From positions 183,308 to 247,307 of the forward strand of contig JAUJNH010000005.1 of NCBI GenBank assembly GCA_030448245.1: 64,000 nucleotides of DNA. The letters are read 5' to 3'. The notes below the pieces were generated by a model, which was given only the letters and a program-made list of their open reading frames with translations, ran no database searches and was not told the origin of the DNA. Both the position numbers and the translations under genes were made by a program. Source of the DNA: Acidimicrobiales bacterium. GTDB lineage: Bacteria > Actinomycetota > Acidimicrobiia > Acidimicrobiales > JAUJNH01. This document shows positions 56,701-64,000 of this stretch, piece by piece; position 1 is the first letter of the stretch, and each line of letters opens with the position of its first letter.

Positions 56701-57167
56701 TTCCGCTGCAGGTCGAGGAGGAACCGGCGCCAGCGGGCCTCGAACGCCACCTCGAGCTCGGTGGCGTCGCGCAGCGAGAAGCCGGGCGGCAGGCCAGCCT
56801 CGACCGGGTGCGCGGCCAGGATCCGGTGGGCGAAGCCGTGGAGGGTCTGCAGCGCCGCCTCGTCGACCTCGTCGAGGGCCTCGGCGCACCGCTGCCGCTC
56901 GTCGGCGGTCCTGGCGGGGTCGCCGGCGGCCTGCTCGAGGCTGAGCCGGATGCGCTCGCGGAGCTCGGCGGCGGCGGTCTCGGTGAAGGTGATGGCGGCC
57001 ACCTGGCCCAGCCGCACCCGCCCGCACGCCACGAGGTTCGTCACCCGCCCCACCAGGGCCGAGGTCTTGCCCGTCCCTGCGCCCGCCTCGACGAAGAGGT
57101 TGGCCCCGAGGTCCGTGGCGACCCGGCCACGGGCTGCGCCGTCGACGCCCGGGGCGCGAGCGCTCAC
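53754..57167 (-). CDS. adnB: UvrD-type helicase with a C-terminal RecB-family nuclease (AdnB/AddA-like)
   Basis: Walker A AGAGTGKTSALV, helicase motifs VDEFQDT, IHSAKGLEF and VACTRAR. C-terminal nuclease GFVDLLWEDE..LHVGDWKTD. Confidence 0.9.
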   Translation of the reverse strand: MSARAPGVDGAARGRVATDLGANLFVEAGAGTGKTSALVGRVTNLVACGRVRLGQVAAITFTETAAAELRERIRLSLEQAAGDPARTADERQRCAEALDEVDEAALQTLHGFAHRILAAHPVEAGLPPGFSLRDATELEVAFEARWRRFLLDLQRNPVLGPPLRAAVSLGLTVDNLRDVARALHDSWDLAAAVPHEPPRAVAGVCDPVAAAVAEVAELRPRCAISLDSLASAIDQRVLPWWASVATAIEAAGGHAAAVAAALEEAPPRLGNLGKTPNWNVPVAEVRAACKAVVEAVEEARRAVRQHLLEHLLPALVDFTVAGAEERRREGVLEYHDLLVRAKQLLRSEPVVRHEVGRRHRVVLVDEFQDTDPLQVDLAVLACTTEAGLIPDDRSWSELPVAAGRLFFVGDPKQSIYRFRRADIDLYARVRDGLGAELAPLVSSFRSTPAVVDAVNEAFRPWFDAQGEGQAPWRDLVAARDTAGVRGTVAVVGGVQQGTAAHQAREAAAADVVRCARLALERRWPVLDLRSRAWRPARPDDITVLIPTRTALPALERAFEDAGLPYRVEARSLVWATQEVRDLLSVLRAVADPSDQVAAAAALLSGVLACSYEDLSRWRSAGGTWDHGRPRPASVDAHHPVADAMASLAGWAELAHWVTPAALLDRVVRERAVLEAAFAQPRQREAWNRVRFLAEQARSFAATGTSGLRGFCDWADGQADEQAQALESVVPEPDDQAVRVLTIHSAKGLEFPITILAGLNVPRGGSVQPTTRVLWGRDGRLELSCGAQQRGFRTAGFTDLAEVERVRNEQEQTRLLYVACTRARDHLVVCAHRTGSSRDELSAAADLSAWMAQVPGIVHGLDDLALVPGLPYVEAGSPPGSVESLPATPQPSAPLEEWERRRRAALVGAGRSAAIPATAVADLETPDAPPTLHLGPLAGFTGGAGDAEAGLGAPLPPGRGMPFGRAVHALLEHAALGLPLDPADPAVVRRAAAAATAEGVDPVEVVAAASSALRSPAARAAAGARRSWREAFVAAEIEGVVVEGFVDLLWEDEAGLHVGDWKTDQVASAEDRWAKASHYALQLATYAVALEHVTARPVVELALIFCSPGAAAQEVVAGAALDEAKAAVRRRLASSQLR

Positions 57168-60100
57168 GAGGGGCTCCCGCGGCCAGGCTCGGGTTCGGGT
57201 TCGGCGACCGCTTCGCCCACCTGCCGCACGGCTCGCCAGGCGCCGAGGGCGGGGTCGCCGGCCATCCGCTGCAGTGCCCGCACCCGATCGGCGCGGCAGA
57301 CGCGGTCGTACGGGCAGAACCGGCAGTTCTCCGGGCCCCGGTACCCGTCCTCACCCGGGTCGGCAGGAAAGGCGCCGGCCTCGATGCCGGCCGTGATCGC
57401 CTCGAGTGCCGCGGAGAAGCCGTCGCGGTCGAGGCGGTTCGGCACGATCGGCCCTTCCTTGCCCGTCGCCTCGAGGAGCCACCAGCCAGACGAGACCTCG
57501 GCGCCCGGGCGGGCTGCGGCGGCCGCCGCCTCGTACACGGCCAGCTGCAGGAGCCGGGCGGCCGCCGCTCCCCCGGTGGCGGCCGCCAGGTACTGCTTGC
57601 CCCGGCCGGTCTTGTAGTCGACCACCCGGACCCGGGAGACGCCCGGATCGGCGGGGTCAGCGGCCGTGTCGACCCGGTCGATGCGGCCGCGGAACCTCAC
57701 GGCCCGCCCCGAGGGGAGGGCGACGCTGACGGGGCGGCCCGCATCCTCGCCGAACGCCTCCTCGACGGCGGCGGGCGCCCATCCCTCCTCGGCGCGGAGG
57801 GCGTCGTCGTGGTCGAGCGCAGCCAGCAGGGCGGCCTGCAGCTCGTCGATGCGCAGGTCGGCCAGCACGCCCGTGCCGAGGCGGCCGCGGCGGCGGAGCC
57901 CCTCGGCCCGCCGGCGCAGCTCGGCCCTGAGGAACGCCCTGTCCTCGTCGTCCCATGGCTGCAACGGTGGCCGGCCCAGGCTCCGGCCGACGACTGCCGC
58001 CAGCACCTCATGGGCCAGGCTGCCGCGGTCCCGCCCGTCGACGTCGAGGGCGTCAGCCGGCGCGGCCGTCTCGGCCACGTCGAGGACGCGGTGCAGCAGG
58101 TAGCGCTGGGGGCAGGTGGACCATTCCTCGAGCGCCGAGGCCGAGACCTCCTCTTCGAGGGTCAGGCGTCGGCTCAGGAGCCCGTCCCACGGCGTGAAAC
58201 GGGCGCTGCGGCGGGCCCTTGACGCCGCGACGGCCCGTGCGAGCGCCGGATGACCGGCGACCAGCGGCGAGCGCGCCAGGTCCCATCGCGCGGGGTCGGC
58301 TGCGGCGCCGGCCAGCGCGGCCAGGCGACCCTCCTGCACCGAGCCCGTGACCGCCCCGCAGACGGCGGCCATGAACGATGGCACCACCGTGAGCCACGGG
58401 CCTTCGGCGTGCTCGATGTCGTCGGCCCCCAGAGGGATTGGGCTCCCGGCGAGGACCCCGGCCCACCGCAGGAACCAGCGGGAGGGCCGGCGCGACGCCT
58501 GGGCATCGGCCCTGTGGGCGAAGGCGACGGTGCGCCACGCGCTGCCCACGGCGGCCAGCACCGCGGCCCGCTCGGCGGCACGGCGCGCCGCTCGCTTCGG
58601 CGCACCCACCACCAGGCCGATGGCGTCCTCTGACACCAGCGGGTCGTCGGTCGTTCGAGCGGGCGCGGCACCCTCGACCACGCCGACCAGCAGCAGCAGC
58701 TCGGGCGCGGTGCCCACCAGGTCGGCAGGGTCGCTCGTGACGAGCACGCCCCGGCCCACACGCCCCCGGCGGGGGGCGGCCGTGGCCCCAAGCCTTGCCT
58801 GGAGGGCAGCCAGCAGCTCGTGCGGCCCGGGTGCGCCGGCTGGGCACCCGCCGACGAGGTCGAGGTCGGCCAGCGCGGTGATCGAGGCCCGTACGGCCTG
58901 GTGGGCGGCCGCCGCGGCCTCGGGCCACCCGGACGCCTCAGGGTCCAGGAGCTGGTCGAACACTTCGAGGGCCCACCCGGCCAGGGCCGCCCAGGTGCGC
59001 TCGGGAGGCGGGCGCAGCAGCCCGGCGAGACGGGTGGCGAAGGCGCCGAGGTCCTCGAGCTCGGCCGCTCCCGCCTCGTCACCGCGGCGTCGAGCGTGCG
59101 CGGCCAGGCGAGCGGGCCTCTGGCACCACTGCTCGCGGCCGGCCACGACGTTGGCCTGCCGGGCCAGGTCGGCCCACCGGCCGAGCGGCAGCGCACCGGG
59201 CAGGTCGCGGCTGCGGCGCAGGGGCGCGCATCCGAGGGTGGCCAGGAACCCGGCGTGCGTCCAGCCCTCGGTGTCGAGGCCGAGGAGGCCGAGGAGGGCC
59301 AGGCCCGACGGCGTGCCGGCCAGGGTGTGGCCGACCGGGCCTGACCAGGGCACGCCGGCGGCGTCGAGGAGGTCAGCCAGCCTGCCGATGGCGACCGGCC
59401 CCCCGAAGGTGACGACGCAGATGTCGTGGCCGGCGACACCACCTTCTAGAGCGGCCACCACCTCCTGCACCGCGAGGCGGCCCTCGGCCTCGGCGTCGGG
59501 GGCGACCACGAGGTTGTCGGGCACGGGCGCCGTGACCTCGGTGCCGGCGGCGACCGCTGGCCCTCCTGGGGCAGCCCACGCCGCCGGACCGTCCAGCTGG
59601 TGGGCCAGCGCCCGCACCGGTGCGTCGGCACCGGCCTCGCCGGTCACCGCCACCACCACCCGAAGCCGACCGCTGGCCGCCAGCGCCTTCAGGAGGTCGA
59701 GCTCGGCCGGGTTGGCGCCGCGGGGGCAGAAGGCCACCACCGGCCCTGGATCGAGGCCGGCCGCCAGGGCGTGGACCGCCGCACCCGTGGCGGCATGGCG
59801 GTCGTGGTACCCGGCGGTCGAGCGCTCGACGGCCTCGAGCAGGCGCACGAGGTGCTGGGCCCGGTGGCCGGCACCCCGGCCGCCGGCCAACGCCGTGCGC
59901 TCGTCGGCCGTGGCGGGGCGCAGGCGGCGGAGGGCCGCGGCCACCTTGGTGACCGAAGCGGGATGGTGAGCCACCGCTTGGAACGGTCCGGGATCGGAGG
60001 CGAGCGCCACCCGCACCGCCTCCTCCCAGCCGCCCGCCGGCAGCGGCCGGGTGCCGGCGGCGGCCCGAGCAGGGGCCGCCAGCCGGTCAGCCAGCTCGCC

Positions 60101-60406
60101 GGCGGTGACGACGTCGACGGCCGCGACGCCACCCAGCCGTCCGAGCGCCCTCCGCACGTGCAGACGGGCCAACGGCCCGGGGACGACCACGGTGGCGGGC
60201 GTCAGTGGATCACCGTCCCGCAGCTCGGCGAGGGCGCCGCCGAGGGCGGCGAGGCACGGGAGGCCGGGGCGGGCCAGCACGACGAACGGCACGGCTGGGC
60301 CACGGTACAGACCAGCCGTGACGCTCAGCGCGCTTTGCTCGGCGGCCAGCGCCAGCGACCCGAGAATTACCGTACAAACAAAGGCAGCGCGAACTGCACG
60401 AATCAC
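57164..60406 (-). CDS. adnA: Helicase-nuclease partner subunit (AdnA/AddB-like) with a C-terminal PD-(D/E)XK nuclease and Cys cluster
   Basis: Overlaps the adnB start by 4 nt. C-terminus RGRIDRVD...VVDYKTGR...CRFCPYDRVC. I saw no clear Walker A, and the exact start is uncertain. Confidence 0.75.
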   Translation of the reverse strand: MIRAVRAAFVCTVILGSLALAAEQSALSVTAGLYRGPAVPFVVLARPGLPCLAALGGALAELRDGDPLTPATVVVPGPLARLHVRRALGRLGGVAAVDVVTAGELADRLAAPARAAAGTRPLPAGGWEEAVRVALASDPGPFQAVAHHPASVTKVAAALRRLRPATADERTALAGGRGAGHRAQHLVRLLEAVERSTAGYHDRHAATGAAVHALAAGLDPGPVVAFCPRGANPAELDLLKALAASGRLRVVVAVTGEAGADAPVRALAHQLDGPAAWAAPGGPAVAAGTEVTAPVPDNLVVAPDAEAEGRLAVQEVVAALEGGVAGHDICVVTFGGPVAIGRLADLLDAAGVPWSGPVGHTLAGTPSGLALLGLLGLDTEGWTHAGFLATLGCAPLRRSRDLPGALPLGRWADLARQANVVAGREQWCQRPARLAAHARRRGDEAGAAELEDLGAFATRLAGLLRPPPERTWAALAGWALEVFDQLLDPEASGWPEAAAAAHQAVRASITALADLDLVGGCPAGAPGPHELLAALQARLGATAAPRRGRVGRGVLVTSDPADLVGTAPELLLLVGVVEGAAPARTTDDPLVSEDAIGLVVGAPKRAARRAAERAAVLAAVGSAWRTVAFAHRADAQASRRPSRWFLRWAGVLAGSPIPLGADDIEHAEGPWLTVVPSFMAAVCGAVTGSVQEGRLAALAGAAADPARWDLARSPLVAGHPALARAVAASRARRSARFTPWDGLLSRRLTLEEEVSASALEEWSTCPQRYLLHRVLDVAETAAPADALDVDGRDRGSLAHEVLAAVVGRSLGRPPLQPWDDEDRAFLRAELRRRAEGLRRRGRLGTGVLADLRIDELQAALLAALDHDDALRAEEGWAPAAVEEAFGEDAGRPVSVALPSGRAVRFRGRIDRVDTAADPADPGVSRVRVVDYKTGRGKQYLAAATGGAAAARLLQLAVYEAAAAAARPGAEVSSGWWLLEATGKEGPIVPNRLDRDGFSAALEAITAGIEAGAFPADPGEDGYRGPENCRFCPYDRVCRADRVRALQRMAGDPALGAWRAVRQVGEAVAEPEPEPGRGSPS

Positions 60407-60435
60407 TTGTCAAGGGCGCGTTCGTGCGATAGAAC
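60407..60435 (+). promoter_or_regulatory. Possible sigma-70-like promoter for the beta-helix gene
   Basis: TTGTCA-N17-TAGAAC in an unusually AT-rich intergenic patch, about 100 nt upstream of ATG 60539. Confidence 0.3.
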
Positions 60436-60538
60436 GACAACGCTCAGTCAGGCGCGGACTGTGTGGTCGAGACAGCTACCAAACGGCAATGGTGGTTCGC
60501 ACGCTGCGGGCTGCACGACAAGGGGGAAGGCAGACAGA

Positions 60539-62335
60539 ATGACGCTCCGCAAAGGTTTTGGCGCGCTCGGCGCGCTGGCCTTCACGCTTGGGACGCTGGT
60601 TGTGACGGCGACGCCGGCCTCGGCCGCGCACGTCGTGTGCGGCCAGCTGGCCACCACCGACATCACCTTGGACAGCGACCTCGGGCCCTGTCCGGGTGGC
60701 GGCCTCGTCGTGGTGGCCGACAACGTCACGATCGACCTGAACGGCTTCCGGATCTTCGCCGCCAACGGTGCGGGCGACAATGCCGGCGTCACCATCGGCC
60801 GGCTGGCCGGCCCGCCGACCACCCCAGGCGGTGCGCCCGTCGCACCGCTCGAGGTCAGCAACGTCACCGTCCAGAACGGGACCATCGAGGGCTTCGACGC
60901 CGGCGTCGTCATCGCCGGCGGCTCCGGCAGCACCGTCCAGAATCTGACCATCCGGAACAACGTCAACGACCAGCTGGCACCGCCGTGCAACCTCGGTGAC
61001 GGCATCGCCATCTTCAACTCGGACGACAACAAGATCCTCAACAACACCCTCGTGGCCAACGGGCCCTTCGGTGGCATCTCGGTCATCGAGGATTCCGACC
61101 GGAATCTCATCAGCGGCAACGTGGTGCTGGGCCACAACCTCCGCAGCCGCAGCGGCAGCGGCTGCGGCAACACCAACCAGGACGAGGGCATCCGCATCGA
61201 AGGCCCCGGCGCCAACGACAACATCGTCGAGAACAACCGGGTCGAGGGCAGCGGGCTGGCAGGGATCGGCCTGCACGGCTTCGTCTGCGGCGACCCTGAG
61301 GAGAACGACGACCCCAACACCGGCACCGTCATCCGGCGCAACACCGTCGTGAACAACGAACGCGACGGCATCAGCTTCCTGCAGCAGGGCCCCGCCACCA
61401 TCGTGTGCCCGGCCTACGGCAGCATCATCGAGCGGAACATCTCCTCCAACAACGGCGGGGACGGCATCTTCGTGGCCCACAACTCCCACGACAACGTCAT
61501 CAGCCACAACGTGACCAGCAACAACCAGCTGGCCGGCATCCGCCTCAACGACCCGACCTTCAACAACGTGTTCACCAACGTCGGCCCGACGCTGTTCGAC
61601 CTGATCCAGCCCGACCGGTTGCCCTACGTGGAGGGGAACACCGCCGACTACCGGGTCATGCCAGGGTCGGGCAGTGGTGACGTGACCGCCCGGGTGGTGC
61701 CGATCGACATCAGCATCGGTGGCTCCGGGGCGACCAACACCAACGCGGTCGACACCTCCACCAGCGGCTGCCAGCAGAGCGACTACGACGCCGCCGGCTT
61801 CCAGGCCGGCGACATCGCCCTGGTCCAGCGGGGCACCTGCACCTTCGCGGCCAAGGTCAACCTGGCCATCGCGAACGGAGCCAGCGCGGTCATCATGTTC
61901 AACGAGGGCCAGTCCGGTCGCACGACCGCCAACTTCGGCTCGGTGGGCCCGGTTCGCATCCCGGTGCTCTCGACGACCTTCGCCGTGGGCCGGGAGCTGG
62001 TCGACCTGGCTCGGGCCGGTACGGTCACCGCCCACATCGTCACCAACACGACGAACGTGGAGACGCTCGTCGCCCCGGCTCCCTACGACAACACCCTCAT
62101 CGGGAACCGGGGCTCCGGCAACCGTGAGGTCGACGGCTACGACGGCAACCTCGAGCCACCGTGCGACAACAACAAGTGGCGGGCCAGCCGCTTCGGCACG
62201 GTGAACCAGCCGTGCGTCGTCGGTCCCGGTGGTTCCGGAACGGCGAAGGGCCGCACCGGCGTCCGCCCCGGCAACCCCGACCACGGCAAGGACGTGGGCA
62301 CGGTCCGAGGCCGGTCGGCCGGCAGCACCGTCTAG
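60539..62335 (+). CDS. Secreted right-handed parallel beta-helix (CASH/NosD-like) repeat protein with an embedded PA (protease-associated) domain
   Basis: Signal peptide ALAFTLGTLVVTATPASAAH. Repeated N-x-I/V-x-x-N units (NVTVQNGTIEG, NLTIRNNV, NKILNNTL, NLISGNVV, NIVENNRV, IRRNTVVNN, ERNISSNN, NVISHNVTSNN). PA-like GDIALVQRGTCTFAAKVNLAIANGASAVIMFN. Confidence 0.8.
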   Translation: MTLRKGFGALGALAFTLGTLVVTATPASAAHVVCGQLATTDITLDSDLGPCPGGGLVVVADNVTIDLNGFRIFAANGAGDNAGVTIGRLAGPPTTPGGAPVAPLEVSNVTVQNGTIEGFDAGVVIAGGSGSTVQNLTIRNNVNDQLAPPCNLGDGIAIFNSDDNKILNNTLVANGPFGGISVIEDSDRNLISGNVVLGHNLRSRSGSGCGNTNQDEGIRIEGPGANDNIVENNRVEGSGLAGIGLHGFVCGDPEENDDPNTGTVIRRNTVVNNERDGISFLQQGPATIVCPAYGSIIERNISSNNGGDGIFVAHNSHDNVISHNVTSNNQLAGIRLNDPTFNNVFTNVGPTLFDLIQPDRLPYVEGNTADYRVMPGSGSGDVTARVVPIDISIGGSGATNTNAVDTSTSGCQQSDYDAAGFQAGDIALVQRGTCTFAAKVNLAIANGASAVIMFNEGQSGRTTANFGSVGPVRIPVLSTTFAVGRELVDLARAGTVTAHIVTNTTNVETLVAPAPYDNTLIGNRGSGNREVDGYDGNLEPPCDNNKWRASRFGTVNQPCVVGPGGSGTAKGRTGVRPGNPDHGKDVGTVRGRSAGSTV

Positions 62336-62355
62336 TAGCCAACGAAGTGTTCCGA

Positions 62356-62394
62356 GGAGAGCCCGGCCCGTCCCACGACGGAGCCGGGCTCTCC
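62356..62394. terminator. Bidirectional hairpin between convergent genes
   Basis: GGAGAGCCCGGC-15 nt-GCCGGGCTCTCC, a perfect 12-bp stem. Confidence 0.6.
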
Positions 62395-62417
62395 CGCGTC
62401 CGGCCACCTGGTCGGGT

Positions 62418-63401
62418 TCAACCGTCGGGGGGCTTCTCTGCCGGCGGCGGCACCGATTCGCGGGCGACCGGCCAGAGGACACCGTCCGCCTGCAGCGCCT
62501 CGTGGACCCGCAGGCGCAGCTCGCGCATCAGGGCGAACTGAGCGGCCGGCTGGGTCTTCACCACCAGGCGGAGCGACACCGACTCCTTGCCGAGCAGCTC
62601 GACGCCCAGGACCTCGGGCGGCTCCAGCACCTGGGCCGCGAACCTCTCTTCGGCGCAGGTCTCCTCGGCCGTCCGCTTGATGGTGTCCTGCGTCGCCCGC
62701 AGGTCGGTGCCGTAGCCGACCTCGATGTCGACGAGGGCCCGGGACCAGTCCTGGCTCTTGTTGCCCACCCGGTTGACCTGGCCGTTGGGGACGTGCCACA
62801 TGACCCCGCGGGCGTCGCGGACGCGGGTGGTGCGCAGGCCCACGCCTTCGACCGTGCCCGACGCCGGGCCGAGGTCGACGATGTCACCCACGCCGTACTG
62901 GTCCTCGACGAGCATGAACACGCCGGTCAGGAAGTCCTTGACGAGGCTCTGGGCGCCGAAGCCGAGGGCGACGCCGGCGACGCCGGCGCTGGCCACCAGC
63001 GGCCCGAGGTTGATGCCGACCTCCCCGAGGATGGTGAGCAGGGCGAGGCCGTAGATGGTGGCGGTCGACAGGCTCCGCAGGACGTCGCCGAGGGTCGCGG
63101 CCCGGCCCGCCGCCCGAAGGTCGGGCTGGCCCGCCTCGAGCATCGTCTTCAGCCGGCCGCTGGAGCCGGCCGACGCCACCAGGCGGGAGGTGAACCGGCG
63201 GATGGCCCGGCGGGCCAGCCGGTTCAGGATGAAGGCCAGGGCCAGGATCAGGAGGATCCTGAGCGGGGCGGTGACCAGGAAGTCGATGGCGCCGGCCAAC
63301 CCGTCGTTTCCCGTGGCCTCGTAGACCTGGCGGCACACGAAGCCGGGCTTCGCCCCGCACGCCTTTGCCAGGTCGTCCGAGAGCACCTGGGTGGCCACCA
63401 C
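62418..63401 (-). CDS. mscS: Small-conductance mechanosensitive channel (MscS family)
   Basis: LVKDFLTGVFMLVEDQYGVGDIVDLGPASGTVEGVGLRTTRVRDARGVMWHVPNG. Confidence 0.9.
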   Translation of the reverse strand: MVATQVLSDDLAKACGAKPGFVCRQVYEATGNDGLAGAIDFLVTAPLRILLILALAFILNRLARRAIRRFTSRLVASAGSSGRLKTMLEAGQPDLRAAGRAATLGDVLRSLSTATIYGLALLTILGEVGINLGPLVASAGVAGVALGFGAQSLVKDFLTGVFMLVEDQYGVGDIVDLGPASGTVEGVGLRTTRVRDARGVMWHVPNGQVNRVGNKSQDWSRALVDIEVGYGTDLRATQDTIKRTAEETCAEERFAAQVLEPPEVLGVELLGKESVSLRLVVKTQPAAQFALMRELRLRVHEALQADGVLWPVARESVPPPAEKPPDG

Positions 63402-63542
63402 GGGTCCCGGACCCTACCGGCCGCCGCTCGACGCCCGAGGCGCTCTGAGCGTCGGGCCGGAACCTCGAGGTGGTTGGGCCGTCACCGCGAGACGTCCCGG
63501 GCACGGGCCAGGCGCCCTGCGCCCCGAGCCGTTCGATCCGCC

Positions 63543-64000
63543 ATGCTGGAGGACGTGGAGCGGGCCGTTGCGGGAACCGAGCCAGTGCACGTCCGGCGGG
63601 ACGTGGAGGTCGAGCGGCTGTGGCTGGACGCGACGTCGTGGGTTGACGTCGCCCGAGGCTGGCTGGCCGGTGCCGACGAGATGTTCGAAGCGCTCCGAAC
63701 GGGTGTGGCGTGGCAGGCGAGCCAGCTGTTCCGCTACGACCATTGGGTCGAGGAGCGGCGCCTGGCCGCGTTCTGGCGGCCGGGACGGCCGCTCCCCCAC
63801 CCCGGGGTCGCCGTGGCGCAGCGGGCACTGCAGGCTCGCTACCGGGTCACCTTCGACGGCTGCGGGCTGATCCACTACCGCGACGGGCGCGACGGCCAGG
63901 CGTTCCACCGAGACACCGACATGCGCTGGCTCGACGAAACGGTGATCGCCGTCCTCACCCTCGGGGCCCAGCGCCCGTGGCTGCTGCGCCCGAGGACCAG
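63543..64000 (+). CDS. AlkB-like 2OG-Fe(II) oxygenase, N-terminal part (continues past the right edge)
   Basis: My translation: MLEDVERAV...SQLFRYDHWVEERRLAAFW...GLIHYRDGRDGQAFHRDTD...VIAVLTLGAQRPW (HxD iron-binding context). Confidence 0.7.
   Translation, partial: MLEDVERAVAGTEPVHVRRDVEVERLWLDATSWVDVARGWLAGADEMFEALRTGVAWQASQLFRYDHWVEERRLAAFWRPGRPLPHPGVAVAQRALQARYRVTFDGCGLIHYRDGRDGQAFHRDTDMRWLDETVIAVLTLGAQRPWLLRPRT

Overview
High-GC (about 70%) actinobacterial-type chromosomal segment. (1) 1-8.1 kb is a cobalamin lower-pathway cluster. cobU-cobS-cobD-cobC-cobQ-cobN lie on the minus strand, chained by 4-nt stop/start overlaps, behind a clear cobalamin riboswitch; cobO-cobB diverge from them. 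(2) 8.1-12 kb holds housekeeping genes: an L,D-transpeptidase, an aldehyde dehydrogenase with a 147-bp tandemly repeated leader, and an SRPBCC protein. (3) 12.03-27.74 kb is an integrative element at tRNA-Val(CAC). It has an intact integrase and an Xis-like HTH, and is bounded by a 45-bp direct repeat of the tRNA 3' half. Cargo includes an S8 protease, a truncated ECF sigma, a broken SARP regulator, two TA pairs and a run of small plus-strand genes. An island-specific 35-bp bipartite motif occurs 7 times, all in one orientation; this is my best candidate for something undescribed. (4) 27.74 to about 35.3 kb is a second, older element. It starts with a truncated copy of the same integrase and is almost entirely frameshifted gene wreckage. 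(5) 35-64 kb is core-like: desaturase, methyltransferase, two ABC exporter operons (one with a collapsed permease), MarR, two SigB-like sigma factors (one broken by a 5-bp tandem duplication), HAD, epimerase, DUF445, ArsR+ACP, VOC, CsbD, an AdnAB-type helicase-nuclease pair, a secreted beta-helix/PA-domain protein, MscS and a partial AlkB-like oxygenase. No CRISPR array or rRNA was seen. Many long ORFs in the track are antisense or off-frame shadows typical of high GC and were ignored. All family calls come from reading motifs by eye; no database search was run.
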